A stretch of DNA of 64,000 bases from Clostridiales bacterium. Its GTDB lineage: Bacteria; Bacillota; Clostridia; Peptostreptococcales; Natronincolaceae. The position numbers were made by a program, and so were the translations under genes. Positions 51,060 through 59,548 of this stretch are shown here, piece after piece. The notes below the pieces were generated by a model. It had not been told where the DNA came from. It was given only the letters and a program-made list of their open reading frames with translations, and searched no databases. The stretch covers positions 28,902-92,901 of the forward strand of contig JAAYPJ010000074.1 of NCBI GenBank assembly GCA_012519835.1, given 5' to 3'. Within the stretch, counting starts at the first letter, position 1, and every line of letters starts with the position of its first letter.

Positions 51060-52178
51060 CTATCCGGCGATGCCGAAAAACTCCTTGACCTTGTCCTTAA
51101 AGCTCTGTTTTTCTATAGATTTGTCGGCAACAAGATATGTTGTATTGAGTATCTTTCCGTTTAGATATGTAGTCATTTTACCTACACTCTGCCCTTTTTC
51201 TATCGGAGCCCTCAGGATTTTAGGTATGTCGATAACCGTTAAAAGTTTTCCCCTTTCTCCCTTAGCTAATGGAATAATACAGCCTTTAAATGAATTTAAG
51301 TAAATTTCCTTACTCTTCCCATCTAAAACTCCGGTTTTAGTAATCTTTTGACCTTCACTGAACAATGTATGAGGTCTGTATAAACTGAAACTTTCGTCTA
51401 ACAGCCTTGCGGCGGTATCGAACCAATTATAATCATTTAACGTCACGGCAATCAGTTGCATATTACCCCTTGTTGCAGATGCCACCAAGCATCTGCCTGC
51501 CCGCATTGTATACCCGATCTTTACCCCGTCGCCCCCCTCGTACATGTCCAAAATTGCATTCTTATTTGAAAAGTATTTATAACCTTCCCTGTCGGCCATC
51601 CAAAATTTTGTTTTCGCCACTTCTTTAAATACCGGATTTTTAAGAGCTTCCCTCGTGATCAATGCCAAATCATAGGCTGTTGTATAATGGTTTTCATCAT
51701 GCAGACCGTGGGGATTTGTAAAATTTGTATTTTTTGCCCCTATCTTTTTTGCCCGATTGTTCATCAGCTTTGCAAAATCCTCAATAGACCCCGACACTTC
51801 ATATGCGATTGCGGCGGCGGAATCATTTCCCGATCTCAACATCAGCCCATATATTAAGTCCCTTGCTTTAACCCTTTCGTTCGCCATTAAATATATAGAA
51901 GATCCTTCTATACCCTGGGCCTCAGGATTTATTTTTATCTTTTTATCCAACGGAATATTTTCAATTGCCAACAGTGCTGTCATAATCTTTGTGGTACTGG
52001 CCATAGGAAGTTTTTTATGTATATCCTTCTCATACATAACTCGTCCTAATCCCGCATCCATAACAATGGCGGACTGTCCGCTTATTTCTAATTGTGTATC
52101 GTTTTCATTTCCATAGGATATAGTTGTCGTTATACTGATAATACAAACCAGTATCATACATATTCTTCTCTTATGCAT
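51060..52178 (-). CDS. dacB: D-alanyl-D-alanine carboxypeptidase (S11), DacB-like
   Basis: Has a signal peptide from MHKRRICMILV, the SxxK motif (ASTTKIM) and SGN, but KIG in place of KTG. ATG at 52178 follows GGGGTGA. The track N-terminal extension translates the inverted repeat. Confidence 0.8.
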   Translation of the reverse strand: MHKRRICMILVCIISITTTISYGNENDTQLEISGQSAIVMDAGLGRVMYEKDIHKKLPMASTTKIMTALLAIENIPLDKKIKINPEAQGIEGSSIYLMANERVKARDLIYGLMLRSGNDSAAAIAYEVSGSIEDFAKLMNNRAKKIGAKNTNFTNPHGLHDENHYTTAYDLALITREALKNPVFKEVAKTKFWMADREGYKYFSNKNAILDMYEGGDGVKIGYTMRAGRCLVASATRGNMQLIAVTLNDYNWFDTAARLLDESFSLYRPHTLFSEGQKITKTGVLDGKSKEIYLNSFKGCIIPLAKGERGKLLTVIDIPKILRAPIEKGQSVGKMTTYLNGKILNTTYLVADKSIEKQSFKDKVKEFFGIAG

Positions 52179-52195
52179 AGATATCACCCCAAAAT

Positions 52196-52292
52196 CAAAC
52201 AGGGGGACGGTTCTTCTGTTTGACAATAAAATTGTCCTGAGGTTTTTTCGTTTCAGAACAATTGTCAAACAGAAGAACCGTCCCCCTGTTTG
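52196..52292. repeat. Perfect 32-bp inverted-repeat pair (arms 52196-52227 and 52261-52292), 33-bp spacer
   Basis: CAAACAGGGGGACGGTTCTTCTGTTTGACAAT and its exact reverse complement. Each arm is a hairpin (CAAACAG/CTGTTTG). The spacer is also partly self-complementary (TTGTCCTGA / TCAGAACAA). Confidence 0.95.
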
Positions 52293-52296
52293 TAAA

Positions 52297-52695
52297 CTAT
52301 TTATACTTTATTTCACAACCAAATTCTTTTGCAATCTTCTCTGCCTCTCTTATGTCTTCTTTGTCCCATATAGACCATCCGCCCTTTAAACTGCCGTTTA
52401 CATATATTTCAACCTTATCATTCTCAAAAATCATTACCTTTTCGTTTCTTTTTTGCATCTGTTTTATTTGATTGTTAACAGCCTCAACAGGATCTATTTC
52501 CATAACCCTCATGGCAATAAACAGACAAGACATGGCATCCTGTAATTCGCGTTTCGCCTTGTCTGTATCCCCTTTCATCAGGGCTTTCAATGATTCTGCT
52601 ACTTCTTCGTTTAAATGGCTCAACGTTGTTTTGGGATCGTCCGTGGTATATTTTCTATTTTGCCATATATCTTCTATAGCTTGTCTTATGTCCAT
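52297..52695 (-). CDS. MazG-like nucleotide pyrophosphohydrolase domain protein with ~40-aa C-terminal extension
   Basis: The N-terminal ~90 aa resemble an all-alpha NTP-PPase (LNEEVAESL..DAMSCLF). I do not recognise the C-terminal part. Confidence 0.55.
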   Translation of the reverse strand: MDIRQAIEDIWQNRKYTTDDPKTTLSHLNEEVAESLKALMKGDTDKAKRELQDAMSCLFIAMRVMEIDPVEAVNNQIKQMQKRNEKVMIFENDKVEIYVNGSLKGGWSIWDKEDIREAEKIAKEFGCEIKYK

Positions 52696-52724
52696 AAATT
52701 TGCCCCCTTTCGAACTTTCACCTC

Positions 52725-52753
52725 ATTATATCTTTTTGTATCGGTTCTTTCAA
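52725..52753 (-). promoter_or_regulatory. SigA-type promoter upstream of the MazG-like gene (TTGAAA-17-TATAAT on - strand)
   Basis: The reverse complement reads TTGAAA (52753-52748), a 17-nt spacer, then TATAAT (52730-52725). Confidence 0.55.
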
Positions 52754-52763
52754 ATTGTATTCC

Positions 52764-52792
52764 GTCAAACAGGGGAACTGTCCCCCTGTTTG
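52764..52792. repeat. Solo hairpin related to the 52196-52292 repeat arms
   Basis: GTCAAACAGGGGAACTGTCCCCCTGTTTG has the same CAAACAG/CTGTTTG stem and a GGGGA..TCCCC core. Confidence 0.85.
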
Positions 52793-52800
52793 CGTGCCCT

Positions 52801-53265
52801 CTATTCAAAACTTATGGTCTTGTTTTCTTCGTTGCTCTTATTGCCCTTATTACCTTTGTTGTTTTTACTGAGGGCCGATTGTAAACTGTCAATAACCTTA
52901 GGTGCAGAACCTATAATTGTATCGACCAGGTTAGCATTGTGATCCACAGACATCAATTTCATCTGTCCACTGCCCACCACCATAAATGCTACGGGTTGTA
53001 TGGATATCCCCGCACCTGCGCCGCCAGCAAAGGGCAATTGCTCCTTACCCGTTTCCCCATTCTGATCCTCTTTATTATTACTCTTTTTTGTATTTTCAAA
53101 ATCCCCGCCGCCTGATGCAAATCCAAAAGATACCCTGGAAATGGGAATTATTGTTGTGCCGTCTATTGTCTCGACTGCGTCACCGACAATGGTATTGACA
53201 TCTACCATATCTTTAATGGTTTCCATTGTGGTTTTCATTAGTGATTCTATTGGATGCTCATTCAT
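52801..53265 (-). CDS. ytfJ: GerW/YtfJ family sporulation protein
   Basis: Has PIESLMKTTMETIKDMVDVNTIVGDAVE..IIPISRVSFGFASGGG, with a low-complexity insert. Confidence 0.85.
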   Translation of the reverse strand: MNEHPIESLMKTTMETIKDMVDVNTIVGDAVETIDGTTIIPISRVSFGFASGGGDFENTKKSNNKEDQNGETGKEQLPFAGGAGAGISIQPVAFMVVGSGQMKLMSVDHNANLVDTIIGSAPKVIDSLQSALSKNNKGNKGNKSNEENKTISFE

Positions 53266-53888
53266 TTTTCACACCATCCTTTTATTTGCGCTAATATTGC
53301 CTTTATATTCGCATTAATAATATAGCCTAATTTAATGGTAAATATACCATCGATAGATGTTTCGAAGACATTGACATTATAATCCGGAACCACATTTATC
53401 GATACATCGGGAAAATTATAACCCCTGGCTATAAAGGAGATAATGGACGCTTTTATAGCCCATATCACCCCTACTAAGATAGCTGTTTGCGCCGCATCAT
53501 TTGTGCCGATTTTGGTATACCAATATATATTATCAAAAACCAACTTTTCCCTTATATAGTGTTCATATCTGGCATAAATTCTCTTATAATCATCTATTAT
53601 TTTTTCCGTATCAAATATGTTACGAGAAGAATTTCCATGATCAACCGATCTGTCCTCTTTATCTGTCGTATCGGTAGCAACATTTAATGTAGGAACTGCT
53701 TTATTTCTCTTGATCAAATCTGTGGCGGAAATTCTTCTGGTATGATTAAATATACCGTACAAGCTGGTCAGGCTTATAACCACGCTATTGTCCTTATCAT
53801 GCTTGACAATGCTAAATCTGAACCTCAGGTTTGAGTGCAATATCCCGAACAACAGGGCCCCCAATATTAGGATTATAAAAATCAACAT
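53262..53888 (-). CDS. ytfI: DUF2953 (YtfI-like) sporulation membrane protein
   Basis: Has an N-terminal TM and overlaps the ytfJ start by 4 nt, as in the ytfI-ytfJ operon. Confidence 0.7.
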   Translation of the reverse strand: MLIFIILILGALLFGILHSNLRFRFSIVKHDKDNSVVISLTSLYGIFNHTRRISATDLIKRNKAVPTLNVATDTTDKEDRSVDHGNSSRNIFDTEKIIDDYKRIYARYEHYIREKLVFDNIYWYTKIGTNDAAQTAILVGVIWAIKASIISFIARGYNFPDVSINVVPDYNVNVFETSIDGIFTIKLGYIINANIKAILAQIKGWCEK

Positions 53889-54022
53889 TTTAAATTTTCA
53901 CCCTTACGTCTCTATTTATGTTATATTGACATTTTTTCCAATACTTAAATATTTACACATAAGGATTAAAATTTGTTCATGTTCCGATCAATATCGAAAA
54001 TCAGGGAGCTGAATCAGGCATA

Positions 54023-55195
54023 TTACCTTATTCCACCCATTATTCTACTGAACATTCTTCCCAGTATATCAAATATTGAGGCTTTTGATATATCTTCCTT
54101 TGATACAATATCCGTTCTACCGACCTCTTTTCCATCTAAAGTTGCTATGATTTCACCCACTTTGCCGCCCTCTGATATGGGGGCATTAACAGATGGTGGG
54201 AGTATTACTTCTGTCTTAACACTTTCCTCCTTGCCTTTTTTAACTAATATATTTAAATCATCCTTTGCAACCGCTTCTAATTGAATTTTCTTGCCTTTAT
54301 TCAGTTTAACATTCCCTATAACATCATGTTCTTGGGCTATTTTAACCGTACTGAAGTTGGCAAAACCATAATCCAGCAGTTTCGCCGCCCCACTAAAGCG
54401 AATCTGAGACGACGGTGCAGCCATTACTACCGCTATAAATGTGCTGTTCCCCCTGGTTGCGGACGCCGAAAGACAATGTTTTGATGTGCTCGTGTAGCCG
54501 GTTTTTATGCCATTGGCCCCCTGGTATGTCTTAATAAGCCTGTTTGTGTTGACCAGAGATTGTTCCGATTTCTTTCTCCCGACTACCACGGTGTCCATCC
54601 ACGTTGTGAGCCATCTATGAATCTCCTCATGTTTTAGCAATTCCCTGGACATCAGAGCCACATCATGGGCAGTTGTAAGATGTCCCTCCGCGTCCAGGCC
54701 GTTTGTGTTAATAAATGTTGTGTCCTTCATACCCAATTCCTTGGCACGATCATTCATCTGTTGTACAAATAACTCATTTGTACCCGCTATATGTTCACCT
54801 AACGCCACGGTGGCGTCATTGGCCGAACGTATAGCCACGCCTTTCATCAATTCCTCTACCGTCCTTACCTCTCCGGGTTCCAAATAAAGTTGCGTTCCTC
54901 CCATTCTTGAGGCTTCTTCACTGACAACCGCCTGGTCATCGAGAGTAATTTTACCATCATCGATGGCTTCCATCACTAAAAGCATTGTCATGATTTTTGT
55001 TATACTGGCCGGGGCCAACCGCTCATGTATGTTCTTTTCATATAAAATTGTTCCCGTCCCGGCATCCATCAACAATGCGGATTTAGCATCTATGTCAAAA
55101 GGCTGTGTCTCTTCCTCTGCATAGATATTTGAAATGGGTAAAATCAAAGAGACAATTATTAGTATATACAAAAATATATTTAATTTTTTCTTCAT
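54023..55195 (-). CDS. dacF: D-alanyl-D-alanine carboxypeptidase (S11), DacF-like
   Basis: Has a signal peptide and the SxxK (ASITKIM), SAN and KTG motifs. It lies downstream of the deoB-punA-pdp block, as dacF does in Bacillus. Confidence 0.85.
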   Translation of the reverse strand: MKKKLNIFLYILIIVSLILPISNIYAEEETQPFDIDAKSALLMDAGTGTILYEKNIHERLAPASITKIMTMLLVMEAIDDGKITLDDQAVVSEEASRMGGTQLYLEPGEVRTVEELMKGVAIRSANDATVALGEHIAGTNELFVQQMNDRAKELGMKDTTFINTNGLDAEGHLTTAHDVALMSRELLKHEEIHRWLTTWMDTVVVGRKKSEQSLVNTNRLIKTYQGANGIKTGYTSTSKHCLSASATRGNSTFIAVVMAAPSSQIRFSGAAKLLDYGFANFSTVKIAQEHDVIGNVKLNKGKKIQLEAVAKDDLNILVKKGKEESVKTEVILPPSVNAPISEGGKVGEIIATLDGKEVGRTDIVSKEDISKASIFDILGRMFSRIMGGIR

Positions 55196-55226
55196 TGAGT
55201 ATCCTCCCTATTACGTATTTAGTATT

Positions 55227-55255
55227 AGGTTTTCCAGCTAAGTATTTTGTTATAC
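55227..55255 (-). promoter_or_regulatory. Possible forespore SigF-type promoter of dacF
   Basis: The - strand reads GTATA-15 nt-GGAAAACCT, compared with the SigF consensus (from memory) GCATR-15-GGHRARHTX. Confidence 0.35.
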
Positions 55256-55266
55256 GACAAGAAATG

Positions 55267-55309
55267 GACTAAATTATAAAAGGAATAAAGAGGTATTTTA
55301 TAGCCCCCT
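55267..55309 (-). terminator. Hairpin after pdp (possible terminator)
   Basis: An 11-bp stem (AAAAGGAATAA / TTATTCCTTTT) with a ~20-nt loop and a weak tail. Confidence 0.45.
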
Positions 55310-55345
55310 TATTCCTTTTAAAGATTCCTCATTTGCTTTGCTCAT

Positions 55346-56689
55346 TCAGATGACACAATCCGATTTTTTCAGCAGTCCCTTTTGATCCACTATTCCAAGT
55401 ATTAACGGTTGCTTCGGTTTAGCTGTCTTTTCAATTAAGTATGCGGATTTTAACCTCTTGACGGCGATCTCCCGTCTTTTATAATCATTGTAATGAACAT
55501 ATGCAAGCGTATCATTTGTTTGGACATATTCCCCAATTTTTTTATTCAATATAATTCCGACAGAATGGTCTATGATGCTGTCCTCGGTTTCTCTGCCTGC
55601 TCCCAATATCAGCGAGGCCGATCCAACTGTTTCTGCTTCTATTTTATTTATATGGCCTGTTTTATCGGATTTCAGTTCGTATATGCCTTTAGCTTGTGGC
55701 AATAAATCTGTATTTTCTATGCAGTCTACATCCCCGCCTTGTTCCCCGACGAGAATCTTAAACATCTCCAGCGCCTTGCCTGTGGAGATAACACTTTTTA
55801 TTTTTTGTCTTCCTTCTTCTGCCGTCCCAACATCCCCGGCCAGCAAAAGCATATGGGAGCCCAAAGTTACGCATAGTTCCTTAAGATCCCCCGGTCCGCC
55901 GCCTTTCAAGGTTTCTATCGCTTCCCTGACCTCCAAACTGTTACCGACGGCATATCCCAGGGGTTCGTCCATATTTGTTATGAGTGCAACGGTATCACGG
56001 CCCATACCGTTTCCTATTTTGACCATCTCATAAGCTAATTCGAATGCATCCTCTATATTTTTCATAAATGCACCGCTACCCGTTTTTACGTCGAGTACGA
56101 TGGAATCTGCCCCGGATGCGAATTTTTTACACATTATGCTGCTCGCTATCAAGGAAATATTATCCACTGTGGCGGTTACGTCTCTTAACGCATAAATTGC
56201 TTTATCAGCGGGTGCCAAGTCAGCAGTTTGACCCGCAATTGCAATTTTAAAATTTTTGACGTTGTTTATAAATTTCTCTCTAGTCATCTCCGTGCTAAAC
56301 CCGGGAATGGACTCCAGTTTGTCCAATGTTCCGCCTGTGTGACCCAACCCCCTGCCCGACATCTTAGCTACGGGAACACCGCAAGCCGCCACCATGGGCG
56401 CCAGTACTATGGTGGTCTTGTCACCTACACCGCCGGTGCTATGTTTGTCCACCTTAATTCCGTCTATGTCCGCTAAATTTATTATATCCCCCGAGTTCGT
56501 CATAGCCTCGGTCAAATAAACAGTCTCATTTTCATTCATCTTCTGAAAATATATGGCCATCAGCAAAGCCGCCGCCTGATAGTCAGGAATTGTCTTGTCG
56601 GTATACCCCTTTATAAAATAATTTATCTCTTCCTTTGATAAAATGCCGCCGTTCCTTTTTTTCAGGATTATGTCATACATTCTCATCAC
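55346..56689 (-). CDS. pdp: Pyrimidine-nucleoside phosphorylase
   Basis: Has KHSTGGVGDK and SGRGLGHTGGTLDKLE. Confidence 0.93.
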   Translation of the reverse strand: MMRMYDIILKKRNGGILSKEEINYFIKGYTDKTIPDYQAAALLMAIYFQKMNENETVYLTEAMTNSGDIINLADIDGIKVDKHSTGGVGDKTTIVLAPMVAACGVPVAKMSGRGLGHTGGTLDKLESIPGFSTEMTREKFINNVKNFKIAIAGQTADLAPADKAIYALRDVTATVDNISLIASSIMCKKFASGADSIVLDVKTGSGAFMKNIEDAFELAYEMVKIGNGMGRDTVALITNMDEPLGYAVGNSLEVREAIETLKGGGPGDLKELCVTLGSHMLLLAGDVGTAEEGRQKIKSVISTGKALEMFKILVGEQGGDVDCIENTDLLPQAKGIYELKSDKTGHINKIEAETVGSASLILGAGRETEDSIIDHSVGIILNKKIGEYVQTNDTLAYVHYNDYKRREIAVKRLKSAYLIEKTAKPKQPLILGIVDQKGLLKKSDCVI

Positions 56690-57513
56690 AGAGATACCTC
56701 ACCTATAATCGATTTGACCAAACTGATAAATTTGGGCCTGGTTTTATCGGCAATTTCCATTACCTGTTCATGGCTTATAGTTTCAGAGCCTTCAAAAATA
56801 GCCATATCGGTTACACAGGATATCCCTATAACTTTCAGCCCGCTGTGTTTGGCGACTATAACCTCGGGGACCGTAGACATGCCTATGGTATCCGCCCCTA
56901 TCAGTCGGAACATCTTTGATTCGGCTTTTGACGAATAAGCGGGTCCACTGATAGATACATATACGCCCTCATGGGTTTCAACCCCGATTTTATCACCAAC
57001 TCTATGAACCAATTGAATTAAATCCTTATCATATGCATCGGACATATCCGGAAATCTCGGTCCCAGCTCCGAGTAATTTGGGCCGATCAGAGGGTTATTC
57101 CCCGTCATGTTGATATGGTCGTTTATAACCACGAGTGCCCCGGGATATAAATTCGGGTTGAGGGCGCCACAAGCATTTGTCACAAGTAACAGTTCCACCC
57201 CCATGGCCTTCATAACCCTGACCGGAAAAGTCACTTCCCCCATGGAGTATCCTTCATAATAATGAAATCTGCCTTTCATCGCAATAACTTGTTTGTCCAT
57301 TAATTTTCCAATCACCAGTTGCCCCGCATGTCCCTCCACGGTTGAAATCGGAAAGTTAGGAATATCCTTGTAGTCTATAACAACAGCATTTTCTATCTCT
57401 TCCGCCATTGTTCCCAACCCCGACCCTAGGATTAAACCTATTTCAGGCGCCTCTTTTATATTATCCGACAAATATTTTTTTGTCTCTTCAAGTTTTGCAA
57501 GTAAATCTTTCAA
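56686..57513 (-). CDS. Trimeric-type purine nucleoside phosphorylase paralog with altered base-binding residues
   Basis: PunA/PNP-I fold (STVEGHAGQLV, GADTIGMSTVPE), but with GPAYSS and VTDMA where the paralog has GPAYET and ITNMA. Confidence 0.8.
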   Translation of the reverse strand: MKDLLAKLEETKKYLSDNIKEAPEIGLILGSGLGTMAEEIENAVVIDYKDIPNFPISTVEGHAGQLVIGKLMDKQVIAMKGRFHYYEGYSMGEVTFPVRVMKAMGVELLLVTNACGALNPNLYPGALVVINDHINMTGNNPLIGPNYSELGPRFPDMSDAYDKDLIQLVHRVGDKIGVETHEGVYVSISGPAYSSKAESKMFRLIGADTIGMSTVPEVIVAKHSGLKVIGISCVTDMAIFEGSETISHEQVMEIADKTRPKFISLVKSIIGEVSL

Positions 57514-57525
57514 AATTTTCCCCCC

Positions 57526-58347
57526 TCAAATATTTTCTATTATTCCCTTGATGTATGCGGAGAATTTTTCCTCTACACTTTTCGCCACTTCAATAACCTC
57601 ATCGTGATTTAAAGGCTTGTCCGAAATCCCGGCAGCCATATTTGTAATACAGGATATTCCCAAAATTTCCGCCCCACTATGAACTGCAGCCATTATTTCA
57701 GGCACCGTAGACATACCTACGGCATCGGCGCCCAAAATGCCGAGCATTTTTATTTCGGCAGGAGTTTCATAAGCGGGCCCCGTTAAAAATACATATACCC
57801 CTTCTTTGACATCAATATTATACTTTTTTGCTACTTTTTTGGCTAAAATTATCAAACCCCTACTATAGACACGGGACATATCCGGAAATCTCACTCCCAA
57901 GCTGTTGTAATTGGCCCCAATCAGGGGATTATTAAAACCGAAATTTATATGGTCTCTGATTATCATCAAGTCGCCGGGTACAAAGCTTTTGTTTATACCA
58001 CCTGCCGCACTGGTGACAATTATCTGCCCGATACCTAAATTGGCCATCACCCTCACCGGAAATGTAACCTGGTTCATCGTATAGCCCTCATAATAATGCA
58101 GTCTTCCCTTTAATGCCATGACCTGCTTTCCCATAAATCCTCCGACAACTAACTGCCCGGCATGGCCTTCCACCGTAGATATCGGAAAATTGGGTATATG
58201 TTCATAATCGAGAACGATAGGTTTCTCTATCTCATCCGCCAAAATCCCCAAACCCGACCCGAGAATCAAACCGATCGTCGGCATAATTTTTATATTGTTC
58301 TTTAAATAGTATTTTGCTTCCGAAATCTTTTTAAAATACCCTTTCAT
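57526..58347 (-). CDS. punA: Purine nucleoside phosphorylase I (inosine/guanosine type)
   Basis: Has STVEGHAGQLV, GPAYETPAE and SCITNMA (canonical Glu/Asn). Confidence 0.88.
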   Translation of the reverse strand: MKGYFKKISEAKYYLKNNIKIMPTIGLILGSGLGILADEIEKPIVLDYEHIPNFPISTVEGHAGQLVVGGFMGKQVMALKGRLHYYEGYTMNQVTFPVRVMANLGIGQIIVTSAAGGINKSFVPGDLMIIRDHINFGFNNPLIGANYNSLGVRFPDMSRVYSRGLIILAKKVAKKYNIDVKEGVYVFLTGPAYETPAEIKMLGILGADAVGMSTVPEIMAAVHSGAEILGISCITNMAAGISDKPLNHDEVIEVAKSVEEKFSAYIKGIIENI

Positions 58348-59525
58348 GATGGCACCTCTATAATTGATTCCTTAAAACTCTCTCCCTTGCCTGTCGACGG
58401 TATTTCAAGGATGTCCGAAATTGTTGCAGCTACATCGGCAAAAGATTTTCTGGTTCCGATATTGACATTCTTCTTGACTTTTTTCCCGTAGATCACAATC
58501 GGAATATATTCCCTCGTATGATCTGTCCCTTTAAAAGTCGGATCATTTCCGTGATCTGCGGTGAAAATTATAATATCACCGTCTTTCATAGCACCCAATA
58601 TTTCCGGAATTCGTCTGTCCATTTCTTCCAGTGCCCTTCTGTACCCCTTCGGATCCCTTCTATGACCGTAAAGGGAATCAAATTCAACCAGGTTTGTAAA
58701 GATGATACCCTCATTGCTTTTTTGTATATATTCGACCGTTTTGTCGATTCCGTCCATGTTGTCCTTTGTACGCACGGAACGCGTAATGCCCCTGCCGTTA
58801 AATATATCTCCTATCTTCCCTATTGCAATTACATCCAAACCATTTTGTTTAGCAATGTCTAACACTGTTTGTCCAAAAGGATCCAACGCATAATCCCTTC
58901 TGTTGGATGTCCTGGTAAAGTTCCCCGAACCGCCTATAAACGGCCTTGCGATAATTCTGGCTACTGTATTGTCCCCCATCATGATTTCCCTGGCAACTTT
59001 ACATATCGAATACAGCTCGTCCAAAGGAATAATGTCCTCATGAGCAGCAATCTGCAGTACACTGTCGGCAGAGGTATAAACAATGGGATATCCTGTCTTC
59101 ATATGCGTTTCTCCAAGCTCGTCCAATATCACGGTACCCGAAGCAGGCTTATTTCCCAAAATTTTTCTGCCAATCTTGCTTTCCAATTCATCTATTACAT
59201 CCTTTGGAAAGCCCTTCGGAAATGTTTTGAAAGGTTCGGTTAAATGCAGACCTGTAAGCTCCCAATGCCCTGTGATAGTATCCTTTCCGTTTGAAAATTC
59301 AATTGCCCTGCCAAAGGCACCTATAGGCGATTTTACCGCCTTTACTCCCATTATATTATCTATATTCCCAAGCCCTATATCCTGTAGGTTGGGTAAATCG
59401 ATACCCCCTTGGCTTATTGCAATGTTACCCAATGTGTTTGCACCAATATCACCGAATTTTTCCGCATCGGGCAAGGCCCCGATGCCCAGACTGTCTATTA
59501 TAAATAAAATTATCCTGTCTACCAT
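58344..59525 (-). CDS. deoB: Phosphopentomutase
   Basis: 393 aa, with DSLGIG, TGHWE and ADHGNDPT motifs. Confidence 0.95.
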   Translation of the reverse strand: MVDRIILFIIDSLGIGALPDAEKFGDIGANTLGNIAISQGGIDLPNLQDIGLGNIDNIMGVKAVKSPIGAFGRAIEFSNGKDTITGHWELTGLHLTEPFKTFPKGFPKDVIDELESKIGRKILGNKPASGTVILDELGETHMKTGYPIVYTSADSVLQIAAHEDIIPLDELYSICKVAREIMMGDNTVARIIARPFIGGSGNFTRTSNRRDYALDPFGQTVLDIAKQNGLDVIAIGKIGDIFNGRGITRSVRTKDNMDGIDKTVEYIQKSNEGIIFTNLVEFDSLYGHRRDPKGYRRALEEMDRRIPEILGAMKDGDIIIFTADHGNDPTFKGTDHTREYIPIVIYGKKVKKNVNIGTRKSFADVAATISDILEIPSTGKGESFKESIIEVPS

Positions 59526-59548
59526 GCTTTCCCCCTTATCCCGCCTTT

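Noticed and set aside
53931-53958. Possible SigF-type promoter of ytfIJ (on the - strand, GTGTA-14 nt-GGAAAAAAT).
   Set aside because: The -35 is a poor match and the spacing is one nt short. It is plausible given the forespore expression of ytfIJ in Bacillus, but it is not supportable from sequence alone.
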